DNA from: Candidatus Obscuribacteraceae bacterium
GTDB taxonomy: Bacteria > Cyanobacteriota > Vampirovibrionia > Obscuribacterales > Obscuribacteraceae
Reading direction: 5' to 3'
Assembly: GCA_044226015.1 (NCBI GenBank)
Contig: JBGAHS010000012.1
Span: 41,009 to 105,008, forward strand
DNA: 64,000 nt
Every line of letters begins with the position of its first letter. Position 1 is the first letter of the stretch. The translations under genes and the position numbers were made by a program. Below are positions 48,449-58,239 of the stretch, piece by piece. The notes beneath the pieces were generated by a model, which did not search any database, was not told the origin of the DNA, and worked only from the letters and a program-made list of their open reading frames with translations.

Positions 48449-49750
48449 TTATTTGCAATTGTCGATAATTAAGTGAGCGAATTTATAGACATCCAGAAAG
48501 CTGTTGTACAGTGGTGCGGGGGCTGCCCTCACAATATCTGGTTCGCGGAAGTCGCAGATTGCTCCTGCTGTTTTGAGTTTCTTCAGCAGTTCTTTGGCTC
48601 TGCTGCCCAGCTTCAATGAAAGCTGGCTGCCGCGCTGTCTAATATCTTTCGGTGTGATGAGTTGGCACTCCTCTTCGCTGAGAGAAGTGGTCAAAAGAAA
48701 CTCGAGATAGCCTGTGAGCAAATCACCTTTTTTTCTTATGGCGGCCATGCCAGCTTTGTCAAATAGCTCCATCGATGCGCGCAGAGCTGCCAGTTGGAAA
48801 ATTGGAGGGTTGCTTAGTTGCCACCCTTCAGCACCTGTGATTGGTTGAAAGTGCGGACCCATCTTGAAGCGGGTTTCTTTGTCGTGCCCCCACCAACCGG
48901 CAAAGCGCGGCAGGTCAAATTCGGTGGCGTATCTTTCATGTACGAAACAACCAGCAATTCCGCCTGGTCCTGCGTTCAAATATTTGTAGCTGCACCAGAC
49001 GGCAAAGTCGACATCCCAATCATGCAGATGCAACTCAAGGTTGCCTGCACCGTGTGCGAGATTGAAACCAACCTTGCATCCTTTTGCCTGTGCTGCTTTA
49101 GTAATTTCTGGAATTTGGAAGGCTTGCCCAGTCAGATAATTGCATGTACCTAACATTACGAGGGCGATGCTATCACCTTCCTTCTCAATTAGGGAGAGAA
49201 TGTCTTCCGTGCGAATGGTGTATTCGCCTTTCCTTGGGAAGAGCTCAATTATGGCGTCTTCAGCCTTATATCCATGGAACTCAGCCTGCGATGCGACTGC
49301 GTACTGGTCAGATGGAAACGCTGAGCCTTCGACTAGAATTTTGAATCGTTTTTTCTCAGGACGGTAAAAGGTCACCATCATCAGATGCAGATTCACTGTC
49401 AGAGAGTTCATCACCACGACTTCGTGCGGTCTGGCACCAACAAGCCTGGCAGTACTTGCTGTCAAATTCTCATGATATGGCAACCAGGGATATTTCGCTT
49501 CGAAGTGTCCTTCGACACCAAGCTGCGACCAGTCAGTAAGTTCCTGCCCAATGAACTCACGCGTTTTAGCTGGCTGCAAGCCCAGAGAGTTGCCCGCCAT
49601 GTACAAAATCTTTTCGCCATTCTTATGATAAGGAAAATGGAATTGTTCTCGGAATGATGCCAGCGGGTCTCGTTTGTCCATCAACGATGCAAAACGTTCG
49701 CTGTTGTCGAAGCTAGCTAATGACTCATAACCGACAATCGTGCCCGGCAT
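48449..49750 (-). CDS. kynU: Kynureninase
   Basis: GNSLGLQP, MNSLTVNLHL, AFPSDQY, WCSYKYLNAGPG, GWWGH and RGSQLS. Start at ATG 49750 or 49780. Confidence 0.96.
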   Translation of the reverse strand: MPGTIVGYESLASFDNSERFASLMDKRDPLASFREQFHFPYHKNGEKILYMAGNSLGLQPAKTREFIGQELTDWSQLGVEGHFEAKYPWLPYHENLTASTARLVGARPHEVVVMNSLTVNLHLMMVTFYRPEKKRFKILVEGSAFPSDQYAVASQAEFHGYKAEDAIIELFPRKGEYTIRTEDILSLIEKEGDSIALVMLGTCNYLTGQAFQIPEITKAAQAKGCKVGFNLAHGAGNLELHLHDWDVDFAVWCSYKYLNAGPGGIAGCFVHERYATEFDLPRFAGWWGHDKETRFKMGPHFQPITGAEGWQLSNPPIFQLAALRASMELFDKAGMAAIRKKGDLLTGYLEFLLTTSLSEEECQLITPKDIRQRGSQLSLKLGSRAKELLKKLKTAGAICDFREPDIVRAAPAPLYNSFLDVYKFAHLIIDNCK

Positions 49751-49757
49751 TCTTTCC

Positions 49758-50807
49758 TCACCTTCCTGTTTCCACTTCACACAAAGAACAATGCGCAGTA
49801 GCCTGCGAACCTAGCCAACTAAGGGCATTTTTGTACAATAGCTTTTCTTTGCAGGCAGTGCTGATAATATCGCTGCTTTCAATTAGTTCGCCAGGTTGAT
49901 CTTCTCCAAGCGGAAACGGAAAGTCAGTGCCAAGTGCGATTTTGTCTTCACCGAAAAGTTTGATGATAAGCGAAAGCATATCGTGGTCATGCACCAGCGA
50001 ATCAACCCAGAATTTGCCCAAATATTCTCTTGGACTTTTCTTGTTGTCGACTGCTACCAGGTCTGGTCTAACGTTGTAACCGTGCTCGATGCGTGAAAAT
50101 GTGCCGGGGAAAGAACCGCCACCATGGGCGAAGGCAACGCGCAGTTTTGGAAGGCGTTCAAGTACGCCACCGAAAATCATGCTGCATATTGCTAGAGTTG
50201 TTTCAGCAGGCATGCCAACCAGCCAGGGCATCCAGTATTTTTCCATTCGTTCTTGTGCCATCATGTCCCACGGGTGCACAAACACGCATGCATCCAGTGC
50301 CTCTGCGGCCTCAAAAATAGGAAAGAGTTCTGCTTCGTTCAAGTTCTTCTGGTTCACATGAGTGCCTATTTGCACCCCTGCTAACCCGAGTTGCTTGACA
50401 CAGCGCTCAAGCTCTTTTACTGCCAGCTCTGTGTTCTGCATTGGTATGGTGCCTAGCCCGATCAATCGTTTCTCTTGAGAGCGCACCACTTCTGCAATGT
50501 GATCATTGAGAAACTGTGATATCTGAAGACCGTCTTCTGCTTTAGTCCAGTAGTTGAACATCACAGGCACAGTTGAAATTACCTGGACATCTACACCTTT
50601 TCTATCGAGGTCTGCGATGCGAGCGTCGGTGTCAAAACAATTAGGCTCAACTTCTCGAAAAAACTTTCCGTCATCGCGAAACATTTTGGCGTTGCCGCCG
50701 GGCTGATGTTCGAGTGTTATGAACCCGCCGTAGCCGAATTTTTCTTTGAAATTAGGAATCTGGCTCGGCAATATGTGGGCGTGAATATCAGCTTTTTTCA
50801 TCGTCAT
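49758..50807 (-). CDS. nbaD: 2-amino-3-carboxymuconate-6-semialdehyde decarboxylase (ACMSD, amidohydrolase family)
   Basis: DIHAH, STVPVMF, FVHPWDM, WLVGMPAET, FAHGGGSFP, DSLVHD and GTDFPFPLG. Confidence 0.93.
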   Translation of the reverse strand: MTMKKADIHAHILPSQIPNFKEKFGYGGFITLEHQPGGNAKMFRDDGKFFREVEPNCFDTDARIADLDRKGVDVQVISTVPVMFNYWTKAEDGLQISQFLNDHIAEVVRSQEKRLIGLGTIPMQNTELAVKELERCVKQLGLAGVQIGTHVNQKNLNEAELFPIFEAAEALDACVFVHPWDMMAQERMEKYWMPWLVGMPAETTLAICSMIFGGVLERLPKLRVAFAHGGGSFPGTFSRIEHGYNVRPDLVAVDNKKSPREYLGKFWVDSLVHDHDMLSLIIKLFGEDKIALGTDFPFPLGEDQPGELIESSDIISTACKEKLLYKNALSWLGSQATAHCSLCEVETGR

Positions 50808-51337
50808 TATTTTGCTGCTTCCAGTACAACTCTGCGTGCGCGTTCACCGCATGCCTTGCATGTACTCAGTTCGGCTGAGTCGTAAAACTTGTCGAAAATT
50901 GCATTGAACTGCGTCTCAATATTCGTCAACTTAAAGCGTTCTTCATAGAGCTTTGTGTCGCAACTTTCGCAGTACCAGCTGAGACCGTCGTTTTCATTCT
51001 CGCGGCGTTGACGCTCAACCACCAAGCCTATAGTGTTTGCGGGGCGGCGCGGTGAATGCGGCACTCCGCCCGGCAGCAAGAATATTTCGCCCTCTTTGAT
51101 TTGCATCGCAACTGGCTTGCCATCTTCGATTAGCTTCAGGGTCATATCGCCTTCCAGCTGATAGAAGAATTCTTCACCATCATTTATGTGGTAATCGGTG
51201 CGCGTATTTGGGCCGCCAATGATCATAATAATGAAGTCAGTGTCTTTGTAGACCAGCTTGTTGCCAACGGGCGGTTTTAAGAGATGGCGGTTTTCTTCAA
51301 TCCATTTCTTGAGGTTGATAGTGGCAAATTTACTCAT
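50807..51337 (-). CDS. nbaC: 3-hydroxyanthranilate 3,4-dioxygenase
   Basis: LLKPPVGNK, GGPNTRTDYH, EEFFYQ, VPHSPRR and two CxxC pairs. Confidence 0.96.
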   Translation of the reverse strand: MSKFATINLKKWIEENRHLLKPPVGNKLVYKDTDFIIMIIGGPNTRTDYHINDGEEFFYQLEGDMTLKLIEDGKPVAMQIKEGEIFLLPGGVPHSPRRPANTIGLVVERQRRENENDGLSWYCESCDTKLYEERFKLTNIETQFNAIFDKFYDSAELSTCKACGERARRVVLEAAK

Positions 51338-51500
51338 GGCAATGCCTCTGTGTCCTGAGCGACCTTTGATATGGGCATCAATTATCTCAGTTAGCCTTCA
51401 ATATTGTTTGAGTCTTTTTATAGTATTCATTTCTTTGAAGAAGCATTCTCTTGCGGGCTAGTCAAGTGCGTGCTTGCGCTAGGTTTCGCGCTATGTCCAG

Positions 51501-52733
51501 CTAGTTCTCAGGGCGCGGCAAATAATTGCATAGCTGTTGAAATGTTAAAGCCCGATCACCAACGAAGTCATCGTCGTCATACCAGGTGTTATTCAGTTCC
51601 ACCTTTGTGGTTTTGGGGTCATAACTCATGATTGTGACTAAGTGATTGCCTTCTTTGTTGTGAAGAACTGGCTTGCCTTGCGCCTGCAGCCGGTCTCCGT
51701 CAATTGAAATGAGCAGCGGAAAGTGTACATTTGGTAAGCGCCCATCTGCAACGAACTGCAGGAATTTTTGCAGCTGAGCATAATCGCTGTAGTTGAAGGT
51801 TCCGGGCTCTGGATGCCCAGCCCATTCTTCGTTGATTACTGTGATTGTCTCTTGCCCAGTGATAAGAGTGTTGATCAACTTCTCCTGCTTGCGATTTGTG
51901 TAGGGGCTGCGGACTTTTGCGCCATCGCGACTGAAAACTGCCAGTCCTTTGGTCTTGTCGAGCGAATAGTCTCTGAGTGATTCACTCTTGCCTACAAGCT
52001 CGAAGTGCAAGGTTCCCTTCTCTGCTGCCAGTTTGTCAGGGCGTTCGGTGCTTGATTGCCAGCCGATGTTCGCAGCTGTGACCTGGAAAATTCGACTTGC
52101 CCAATTAGCGTATTTTGCGGTTTCGGTGTTTGAGAGCGAATTCCGCGGATAAACAATTTCGCTGCCATCAGAGCATTTGTATTTGCCCAGAAGGACGATT
52201 TGCATAATCAGGCTTGCATAGAGTTCTGGTGTCAGGGTCGCTATTCTGACTTCGTAAGAAGCGAATTTGCATGTGTTGCCAACTTGTCCAATGTTTTGAA
52301 CTGGTGAAGCCAGATTGGCTAAAGTATCGATTGCAATGCTGGCTCTCTGAACTGAGCTCAGTCCAGTCTGAGCCTGTTCAGCGGCAACCATTTGCTGAAT
52401 GATTTGAAATGTCAACATTTTGTTCGGCTCTGGCGCTTGAGACTTTGTGCTGAATGCGTCTTCATAACTGTTGAGCTTCTTGAGTAGCGCAGAGTCCGCT
52501 GTGCCGATTGCTTTGAGAATCGCTGAATTTAGATTGTTCGCGGCTTTTCTGAGCTCATCAGGCATGGGGCTTGTTTGATTTTGCGTTGCTGTGGCAGCAG
52601 TTTTTCCTGGTGTTTGGCAACTTGCAATGTTCACTGTTGCCGACCATGTCAACGTTAGACTTAAAGGTATTGCAGCTGCGATCCTTTTGGTAATCGATAA
52701 TTTCAAGATCTGGGCTAGCTGAATTTTCGTCAT
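51501..52733 (-). CDS. Secreted hypothetical protein with a papain-like Cys-His-Asn arrangement
   Basis: Signal-like N-terminus; QVGNTCKFA, NHLVTIMSYD and VELNNTW occur in papain order. Confidence 0.55.
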   Translation of the reverse strand: MTKIQLAQILKLSITKRIAAAIPLSLTLTWSATVNIASCQTPGKTAATATQNQTSPMPDELRKAANNLNSAILKAIGTADSALLKKLNSYEDAFSTKSQAPEPNKMLTFQIIQQMVAAEQAQTGLSSVQRASIAIDTLANLASPVQNIGQVGNTCKFASYEVRIATLTPELYASLIMQIVLLGKYKCSDGSEIVYPRNSLSNTETAKYANWASRIFQVTAANIGWQSSTERPDKLAAEKGTLHFELVGKSESLRDYSLDKTKGLAVFSRDGAKVRSPYTNRKQEKLINTLITGQETITVINEEWAGHPEPGTFNYSDYAQLQKFLQFVADGRLPNVHFPLLISIDGDRLQAQGKPVLHNKEGNHLVTIMSYDPKTTKVELNNTWYDDDDFVGDRALTFQQLCNYLPRPEN

Positions 52734-52870
52734 TTGAACCAGGCTGATGCTTATGGTGAATTCTTGACCTCATCCATCTTCTACCCGCATTTGCGAAAAA
52801 TCATCAAAACGAAGAGCCGTCCAAACTGCTGCGGTGCTAGAATGGCGCGGGTTCAGCCAGGAGCGATATC

Positions 52871-53320
52871 GTGTCAAGCAATTCAAAATCTTCGTGCATT
52901 AGACAGGCTATTCATGTTGAGGAGCCGGCTCCAGCGCCTCTCGGTTCTTACTCGCATGCCATGCGCTCAGGTCATCTCTTGTTTGTTTCCGGGCAGGGCT
53001 GCCGTGATCCGCTGAGTGGTATTGAAGCTGGTATCACGATGGACGCTGAGGGAAAGGTGCTCAGCTATGATATTCAGGTTCAAACCAGGGGATGTATTGC
53101 TAATCTTGAGCGGGTGCTGAAAGCTGCGGGGCTGACTTTGCATGATGTGGTAGATGTCACGGTGTTCCTGGCTGATATGAAGGATTTCGCAGCATACAAC
53201 AAGGTTTACGCCGAGTATTTCACTTTCGAACAGCCGCCTGCGCGAACTACAATACAGGCCGCAGCGCTTCCAGGGCGCAATTTTATTGAAATTAAGGCGA
53301 TTGCGGCTTTTCGCGATTAG
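52871..53320 (+). CDS. RidA/YjgF family protein, probably 2-aminomuconate deaminase
   Basis: LGSYSHA, LFVSGQG, FLADMKDFAAYNKVY, PARTT and IEIKAIA. Context is the 3-hydroxyanthranilate pathway. Confidence 0.88.
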   Translation: MSSNSKSSCIRQAIHVEEPAPAPLGSYSHAMRSGHLLFVSGQGCRDPLSGIEAGITMDAEGKVLSYDIQVQTRGCIANLERVLKAAGLTLHDVVDVTVFLADMKDFAAYNKVYAEYFTFEQPPARTTIQAAALPGRNFIEIKAIAAFRD

Positions 53321-53335
53321 GCAATTGGTCTTGTT

Positions 53336-53556
53336 GGGAGCGCCGGACTCCTGCCTACTTCTGTGTTTGGGAGCGTAGGCATCCTGCCTGCTTCTGTGCC
53401 TGGGAGCTCCGGCATCCTGCCTACTTCTGTGTTTGGAAGCGTAGGCATCCTGCCTGCTTCTGTGCTTGGGAGTTTCGTCATCCTGTCTGCTTCTGTGCCT
53501 GGGAGCGTAGGCATCCTGCCTGCTTCTGTGTCTAGAAGCGCCGGCATCCTGCCAGC
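53336..53556. repeat. 33-bp tandem array (7 copies) of a REP-like short palindrome
   Basis: Units start at 53336, 53369, 53402, 53435, 53468, 53501 and 53534. Consensus GGGAGCGTAGGCATCCTGCCTGCTTCTGTGYYT with an AGGCA-TCC-TGCCT hairpin. Confidence 0.92.
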
Positions 53557-53693
53557 TTAGGCGTAACATGCGAACTTCTAAAAAAGAACTCATATAGTCA
53601 ATCGGCTTAAAGCACAATTACGGTTCTGCTGATCAGTCTCTAGAGCTGCTACAATCCGCGAGCAGGAAGGTTCGAAGCCAAAGAGGACGTCAA

Positions 53694-55163
53694 ATGAGCC
53701 CGGCTATTGCAGTAGACAAAAAGACGATCGACAACTTTATCAATGGAGAATTTGTTGCACCATCAAAAGGTGATTATTTTGAGGACATAAATCCTGCCAC
53801 TGCAGAGCCATTTGCAAAAGTTGCCAGCGGTGGAAAAGAAGATGTCGATGCCGCTGTAGCAGCCGCGAAGAATGCTTACTTGAATGGACCCTGGGCGCAC
53901 ATGTCACTGACCGAGCGCTGCCAGATTTTGCGTCGCATTGGTGATTTGATTCTAGAAAATAGAGATGCTCTTGCACTGGCAGAAACCACCGACACAGGCA
54001 AGCCCATAAGTGAAAGCCGTGAGGGCGACATTCCGCGTGCCGCGCAGAACTTTCATTTCTTCGCAGATTATGCTCAATCATTGAGTGAAGACTCATTCAA
54101 CGTCAATGAAAATGAACGCCACTTTGTTGTGCGTGAGCCACTCGGTGTGGCTGGCTTGATTACTCCGTGGAACCTTCCACTTTATTTGGCGACATGGAAA
54201 ATTGCACCATGTCTTGCAATGGGCAATAGTTGTGTATTGAAGCCAGCTGAGTGGACTCCTTACACTGCAAATTTGTTTGGACAAATTGTGCAGCAAGCGG
54301 GACTGCCAGCAGGTGTGTTCAATGTAGTAAACGGGTTTGGTGCTGGCTCTGCAGGTGAAGCACTTACCAGGCACCCGGACGTGCGCTGCATTTCATTCAC
54401 CGGCGAAACCGGCACAGGACGCGCAATTATGGCTGCGGCTTCTGAGTCGCTTAAGAAGCTCAGTTTTGAACTTGGTGGCAAAGGCGCAAACATTATTTTC
54501 GAAGATGCTGATCTTGATGAAGCTATTCCGACGGCGCTGCGTGCGGCTTATCGCAATCAAGGGCAGATTTGTTTGGCTGGTTCGCGTCTTTTTGTTCAAG
54601 AGTCTATCTACAAGAAAGTATGCGAAGAAGTCTTGAACAGAGTCAAAGAAATCAAAGTGGGCAACCCGCTTGATGCAAGTACGCAAATGGGCGCATTAAT
54701 CAGCCATGAACACCTCAGCAAGGTTCAATCTTATATAGAGATTGCCAGGAAAGATGGAAAGGTTGTCTATGGCGGTGAGCGCATCAAGGAATTGGGCGAT
54801 GGGAATTTCTTGCGTCCAACTCTTGTCACCGACATTGATAATTCGTCGAAAGTCTGCCAGGAAGAGATTTTTGGACCGGTACTACCTTTGATACCATTCA
54901 AAGACGAGGCTCATATTCTCGAAATGGTAAATTCGACTCCGTATGGACTCTCTTGCAGCGTCTGGAGCCAGAATGTTAACAGGCTGCACCGTATGTCTCG
55001 CGGCATTAAAACTGGCATAGTCTGGATTAACTGCTGGTTCGCTCGTGACCTCCGAACACCGTTTGGTGGTCAAAAAGCGAGCGGCATCGGACGAGAAGGT
55101 GGGCGTTATGCGCTTGAATTTTTCTCTGAACTCAAGACTGTTTGTTATAAGTACAAACCATAA
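53694..55163 (+). CDS. 2-aminomuconate / 2-hydroxymuconate semialdehyde dehydrogenase (ALDH8-like)
   Basis: DIPRAAQNF, ITPWNLPLYLATWKIAP, FTGETGTG, ELGGK, NQGQICLAGSR, EEIFGPV and RDLRTPFGG. Confidence 0.92.
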   Translation: MSPAIAVDKKTIDNFINGEFVAPSKGDYFEDINPATAEPFAKVASGGKEDVDAAVAAAKNAYLNGPWAHMSLTERCQILRRIGDLILENRDALALAETTDTGKPISESREGDIPRAAQNFHFFADYAQSLSEDSFNVNENERHFVVREPLGVAGLITPWNLPLYLATWKIAPCLAMGNSCVLKPAEWTPYTANLFGQIVQQAGLPAGVFNVVNGFGAGSAGEALTRHPDVRCISFTGETGTGRAIMAAASESLKKLSFELGGKGANIIFEDADLDEAIPTALRAAYRNQGQICLAGSRLFVQESIYKKVCEEVLNRVKEIKVGNPLDASTQMGALISHEHLSKVQSYIEIARKDGKVVYGGERIKELGDGNFLRPTLVTDIDNSSKVCQEEIFGPVLPLIPFKDEAHILEMVNSTPYGLSCSVWSQNVNRLHRMSRGIKTGIVWINCWFARDLRTPFGGQKASGIGREGGRYALEFFSELKTVCYKYKP

Positions 55164-55203
55164 AGTTTGGCATTAGAAATTGAATCCAAAGTAAGGAGAA
55201 ACC

Positions 55204-55995
55204 ATGGATTTAGGTATCAAAGGTAAACGCGCGCTTGTATGCGGTGCCTCTAAGGGGCTTGGTTATGCTTGTGCTGAGGCTTTGGCAGCTGAGGGAGCCG
55301 ATGTAATTCTTGTCGGGCGTGAAGAGAACACACTTAAAGACGCTGCCGAGAGAATCAAGAATCTTACCGGCACGCTGCCGAAATGGCAGGTTTGTGATCT
55401 TCTTTCGGCCGACTCACGAAAAACAATGATAGAGAAAGTTGGCACCGAATCAGGTGGCGTCGATATTATCGTTCATAATGTTGGCGGACCCAAAGCTAGT
55501 ACAGTGGAAGATACTTCAATCGACTCGTGGCAAGAAGGGTTTGACCGATTGTTCAAGCCTGTGGTCGAACTAAATCAGGCTTTTATTCCTGGAATGAAAG
55601 AGCGTAAATGGGGACGCATCGTAACCATAACATCTTTGAGTGTGATGGAGCCTATCGCGATGTTGTCTATTTCCAATGCGATGAGATCAGCATCAACTGC
55701 TTTAAGTAAAACTCTTTCAGATGAAGTCGCGAAACATGGCATTACAGTAAATTGCGTAGCACCGGGTTTGGTGCAAACCGATAGAACTGAAGAACTTATT
55801 AAAGCTCGCATCGAGAAGTCTGGTCAAACACGCGAACAGCATGAGGCAGAAATGCACAAGAACATTCCAGCTGCGCGCTTGGGTCAGCCAGCGGAGTTCG
55901 GCGCTGTTGTGTGTTTTCTCTGTTCGGAAAAGGCATCTTACGTTACAGGTTCTACCATCTGTGTAGATGGTGGCAAACGACGCTCTACCTACTAA
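55204..55995 (+). CDS. Short-chain dehydrogenase/reductase (atypical: SxxxR in place of YxxxK)
   Basis: GASKGLG, NVGGP, WGRIV, SISNAMRSA, VNCVAPG and VDGG. Confidence 0.92.
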   Translation: MDLGIKGKRALVCGASKGLGYACAEALAAEGADVILVGREENTLKDAAERIKNLTGTLPKWQVCDLLSADSRKTMIEKVGTESGGVDIIVHNVGGPKASTVEDTSIDSWQEGFDRLFKPVVELNQAFIPGMKERKWGRIVTITSLSVMEPIAMLSISNAMRSASTALSKTLSDEVAKHGITVNCVAPGLVQTDRTEELIKARIEKSGQTREQHEAEMHKNIPAARLGQPAEFGAVVCFLCSEKASYVTGSTICVDGGKRRSTY

Positions 55996-56010
55996 GATTG
56001 AGGGGTTGAA

Positions 56011-57171
56011 ATGCGATTTCTGGTTTTGGGTGCTGGGAAAATTGGAAGAGCAGTGGTTTACGACCTCTGCAAATATAGCCCTGAAGCTCAGCTTATCGTT
56101 GTAGACGCTAGTGAAGAGAAACTTGAGAAAATAACCAAGTCTTTTCAAAGTGAACGCATTTCAGTGATAAAGGCAAATGTCGGCGACATGATAGAGATGA
56201 ATTACATTCTCTCAAGCGCCGACATCGTAATAAGCTGTGTCAGTCATGCTCTAAACTACAATCTGGCTAAAGCCGCCATCGAAGCAGGTGCAAGCTTTTG
56301 TGACCTTGGTGGCAATGAAGATGTCGTTCGCAAGCAATTTTTGTTGCATGACATGGCTGTGGACAGCAATGTTTCAATAATTCCTGATTGCGGTCTAGCG
56401 CCGGGAATGGTGTCAATTCTGGTCGCGTCTGCTTGTGCAGATCTCGATCTTGTGCACGATATCACCTTGCGAGTGGGTGGCTTACCGGTCGAGCCAACGC
56501 CCCCTTTAAACTACGCGAATCTTTTCCCTGTGGAAGGGTTGATTGACGAGTACTACGAAGATTGCACCGTAATTCGTGGCGGTAAATTATTGCGGGTACC
56601 TTCTCTGACAGATCTTGAGGAAATAGAGTTCCCTGCTCCGTTTGGAAAGATGGAAGCTTTTTTGACTTCGGGTGCGATTTCGACTTTGCCAACGACCTTC
56701 AGTGGACAGGTTAAAAACCTTGATTTCAAAACGATTCGCTACCCTGGTCATTGTGAGAAGGTGCGAGTTTTGAAAGAGCTTGGATTTATGGATTCTACGC
56801 CACTTTCTATTTCAAACCCGGCGGTGTCAGCCAGAACGGTTTTGGCGCATGTGCTGGAGCAGAAACTTCCAAATGATGAACCAGATGTGGTGCTTCTCCG
56901 TGTGGAGGCTGCGGGCGAAAAAGATGGACTCGCTAAGATATCGAAATGGGAATGTATCGATTACATGGATGACGACGGTCTTTCAGCTGTGGTGCGATGT
57001 TCAGCATTCCCAATCGCCATCATCGCTCAGATGCTTGGCTCTGGCGTCATCAAAGATAAAGGCACTCTGCGACAGGAAAAGCAAATTCCGATTGATGCCT
57101 TCCTTGCCGAAATGAACAAACGAGGCATTCAACTGAAGCGTTCCGAGCGCTCGGTTCAGCCAGCTTCCTAG
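56011..57171 (+). CDS. Saccharopine dehydrogenase / lysine 6-dehydrogenase family oxidoreductase
   Basis: GAGKIG, DLGGN, DCGLAPG, VGGLP, EGLIDEY and KTIRYPGH. Confidence 0.9.
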   Translation: MRFLVLGAGKIGRAVVYDLCKYSPEAQLIVVDASEEKLEKITKSFQSERISVIKANVGDMIEMNYILSSADIVISCVSHALNYNLAKAAIEAGASFCDLGGNEDVVRKQFLLHDMAVDSNVSIIPDCGLAPGMVSILVASACADLDLVHDITLRVGGLPVEPTPPLNYANLFPVEGLIDEYYEDCTVIRGGKLLRVPSLTDLEEIEFPAPFGKMEAFLTSGAISTLPTTFSGQVKNLDFKTIRYPGHCEKVRVLKELGFMDSTPLSISNPAVSARTVLAHVLEQKLPNDEPDVVLLRVEAAGEKDGLAKISKWECIDYMDDDGLSAVVRCSAFPIAIIAQMLGSGVIKDKGTLRQEKQIPIDAFLAEMNKRGIQLKRSERSVQPAS

Positions 57172-57387
57172 AGATTTGCTGCTCCTTAAAGCTATTCGTC
57201 ATGAGTTAATTATTTCTGTAAGCTCAACATGTTGTTGACTGCCGAGCAAATCGTTGGTTCATGTTTTCGTCTGTCCACTGGAATGCGATGTTTGCTATGG
57301 ATGCATGTACTAAGCTCCTATTTTTCCTTCATCAGTAAGCACCAGCGACCCTTCAGAGTATTCATCGATCATAAGACTTGCTTGTCC

Positions 57388-58239
57388 TCATTTTACTGGC
57401 TGCTGAGCTAGTAAGTTTAGTAACCAGTTGAAATCACTGGAATCTTCCACCGTCGTCCATCCCCTCTTTTTTCTAACTAAACCGACAATATGGAAGCTGC
57501 CATCACAGTAGTGTTGAGATTTGCACGAGAACTGAAGGTCCGTCAAATCTTTAGAAATCGTTTTTGCAATCCCACAAGTTACCGGTGTGCAATTCCCCTT
57601 TGAATTCATTTTGAATTTTCCAAAAATTATTATTTCGGACTTTGCCCAAAAAGGTGTGTCGCTTTTCGCAATCAGTTCTCCAGTTTCGACATTAAAACTA
57701 TACTGGCGAAAGCTGGTAGTAGTTAGAGTTAAGCGGTTTCCGGATAGAACTGGGTTCTTAATTCGCCTCTTGTTTTTCCAAATGTCAGCAATCCATGTTG
57801 TGTGAGACGTAGATTGTTGAACCAAGGACTCTCTGACGAGCAGTTCTTGCAGAGAGTATGATTTCGAAAGTCTTCCCTTTCTAAAAAATGCCAACGCTGG
57901 AGTCGACAAACTAGCGACATCGTTTGACGATAGCGTGCCATAGAAGTTGTTAGCGAGTAGCCAGATTATGCTTTGACCTGAATCATACTGAAACAAGTCT
58001 CCACGATTCAACTGAAAATTCACAGGTTGAGTGGTGTAAGATTCTTTGCCCTCTAAGTTTACAGAAAGAGTGTTGTTGGAGTTAAGCATCACACTCACTT
58101 CATCACCAAGATTGAATCTATGTCCGACCGGCTTCAGATTTGGTACCGAATCTCCGAAACAAGGTGCACACGAATGGATCATCAGCAGATTGGCGAGCAC
58201 CATTATTATTTGGGAGGGGAAAATCTGCTTAATAATCAT
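57388..58239 (-). CDS. Hypothetical exported protein, putative immunity partner of Rhs cassette 1
   Basis: Start overlaps the end of the Rhs-CT ORF by 11 nt; signal-like N-terminus; AT-rich. Immunity role inferred from position only. Confidence 0.55.
   Translation of the reverse strand: MIIKQIFPSQIIMVLANLLMIHSCAPCFGDSVPNLKPVGHRFNLGDEVSVMLNSNNTLSVNLEGKESYTTQPVNFQLNRGDLFQYDSGQSIIWLLANNFYGTLSSNDVASLSTPALAFFRKGRLSKSYSLQELLVRESLVQQSTSHTTWIADIWKNKRRIKNPVLSGNRLTLTTTSFRQYSFNVETGELIAKSDTPFWAKSEIIIFGKFKMNSKGNCTPVTCGIAKTISKDLTDLQFSCKSQHYCDGSFHIVGLVRKKRGWTTVEDSSDFNWLLNLLAQQPVK

Noticed and set aside
53336..53556. CRISPR array, or the repeat-derived ORFs 52967-53617, 53317-53547 and 53363-53560
   Set aside because: The units are contiguous with no unique spacers and no cas genes are nearby. 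The ORFs arise because the 33-bp period is a multiple of three.
542..57115. Numerous 60-180 aa ORFs antisense to or nested in recognised genes
   Set aside because: No recognisable motifs or RBS; expected shadow ORFs.
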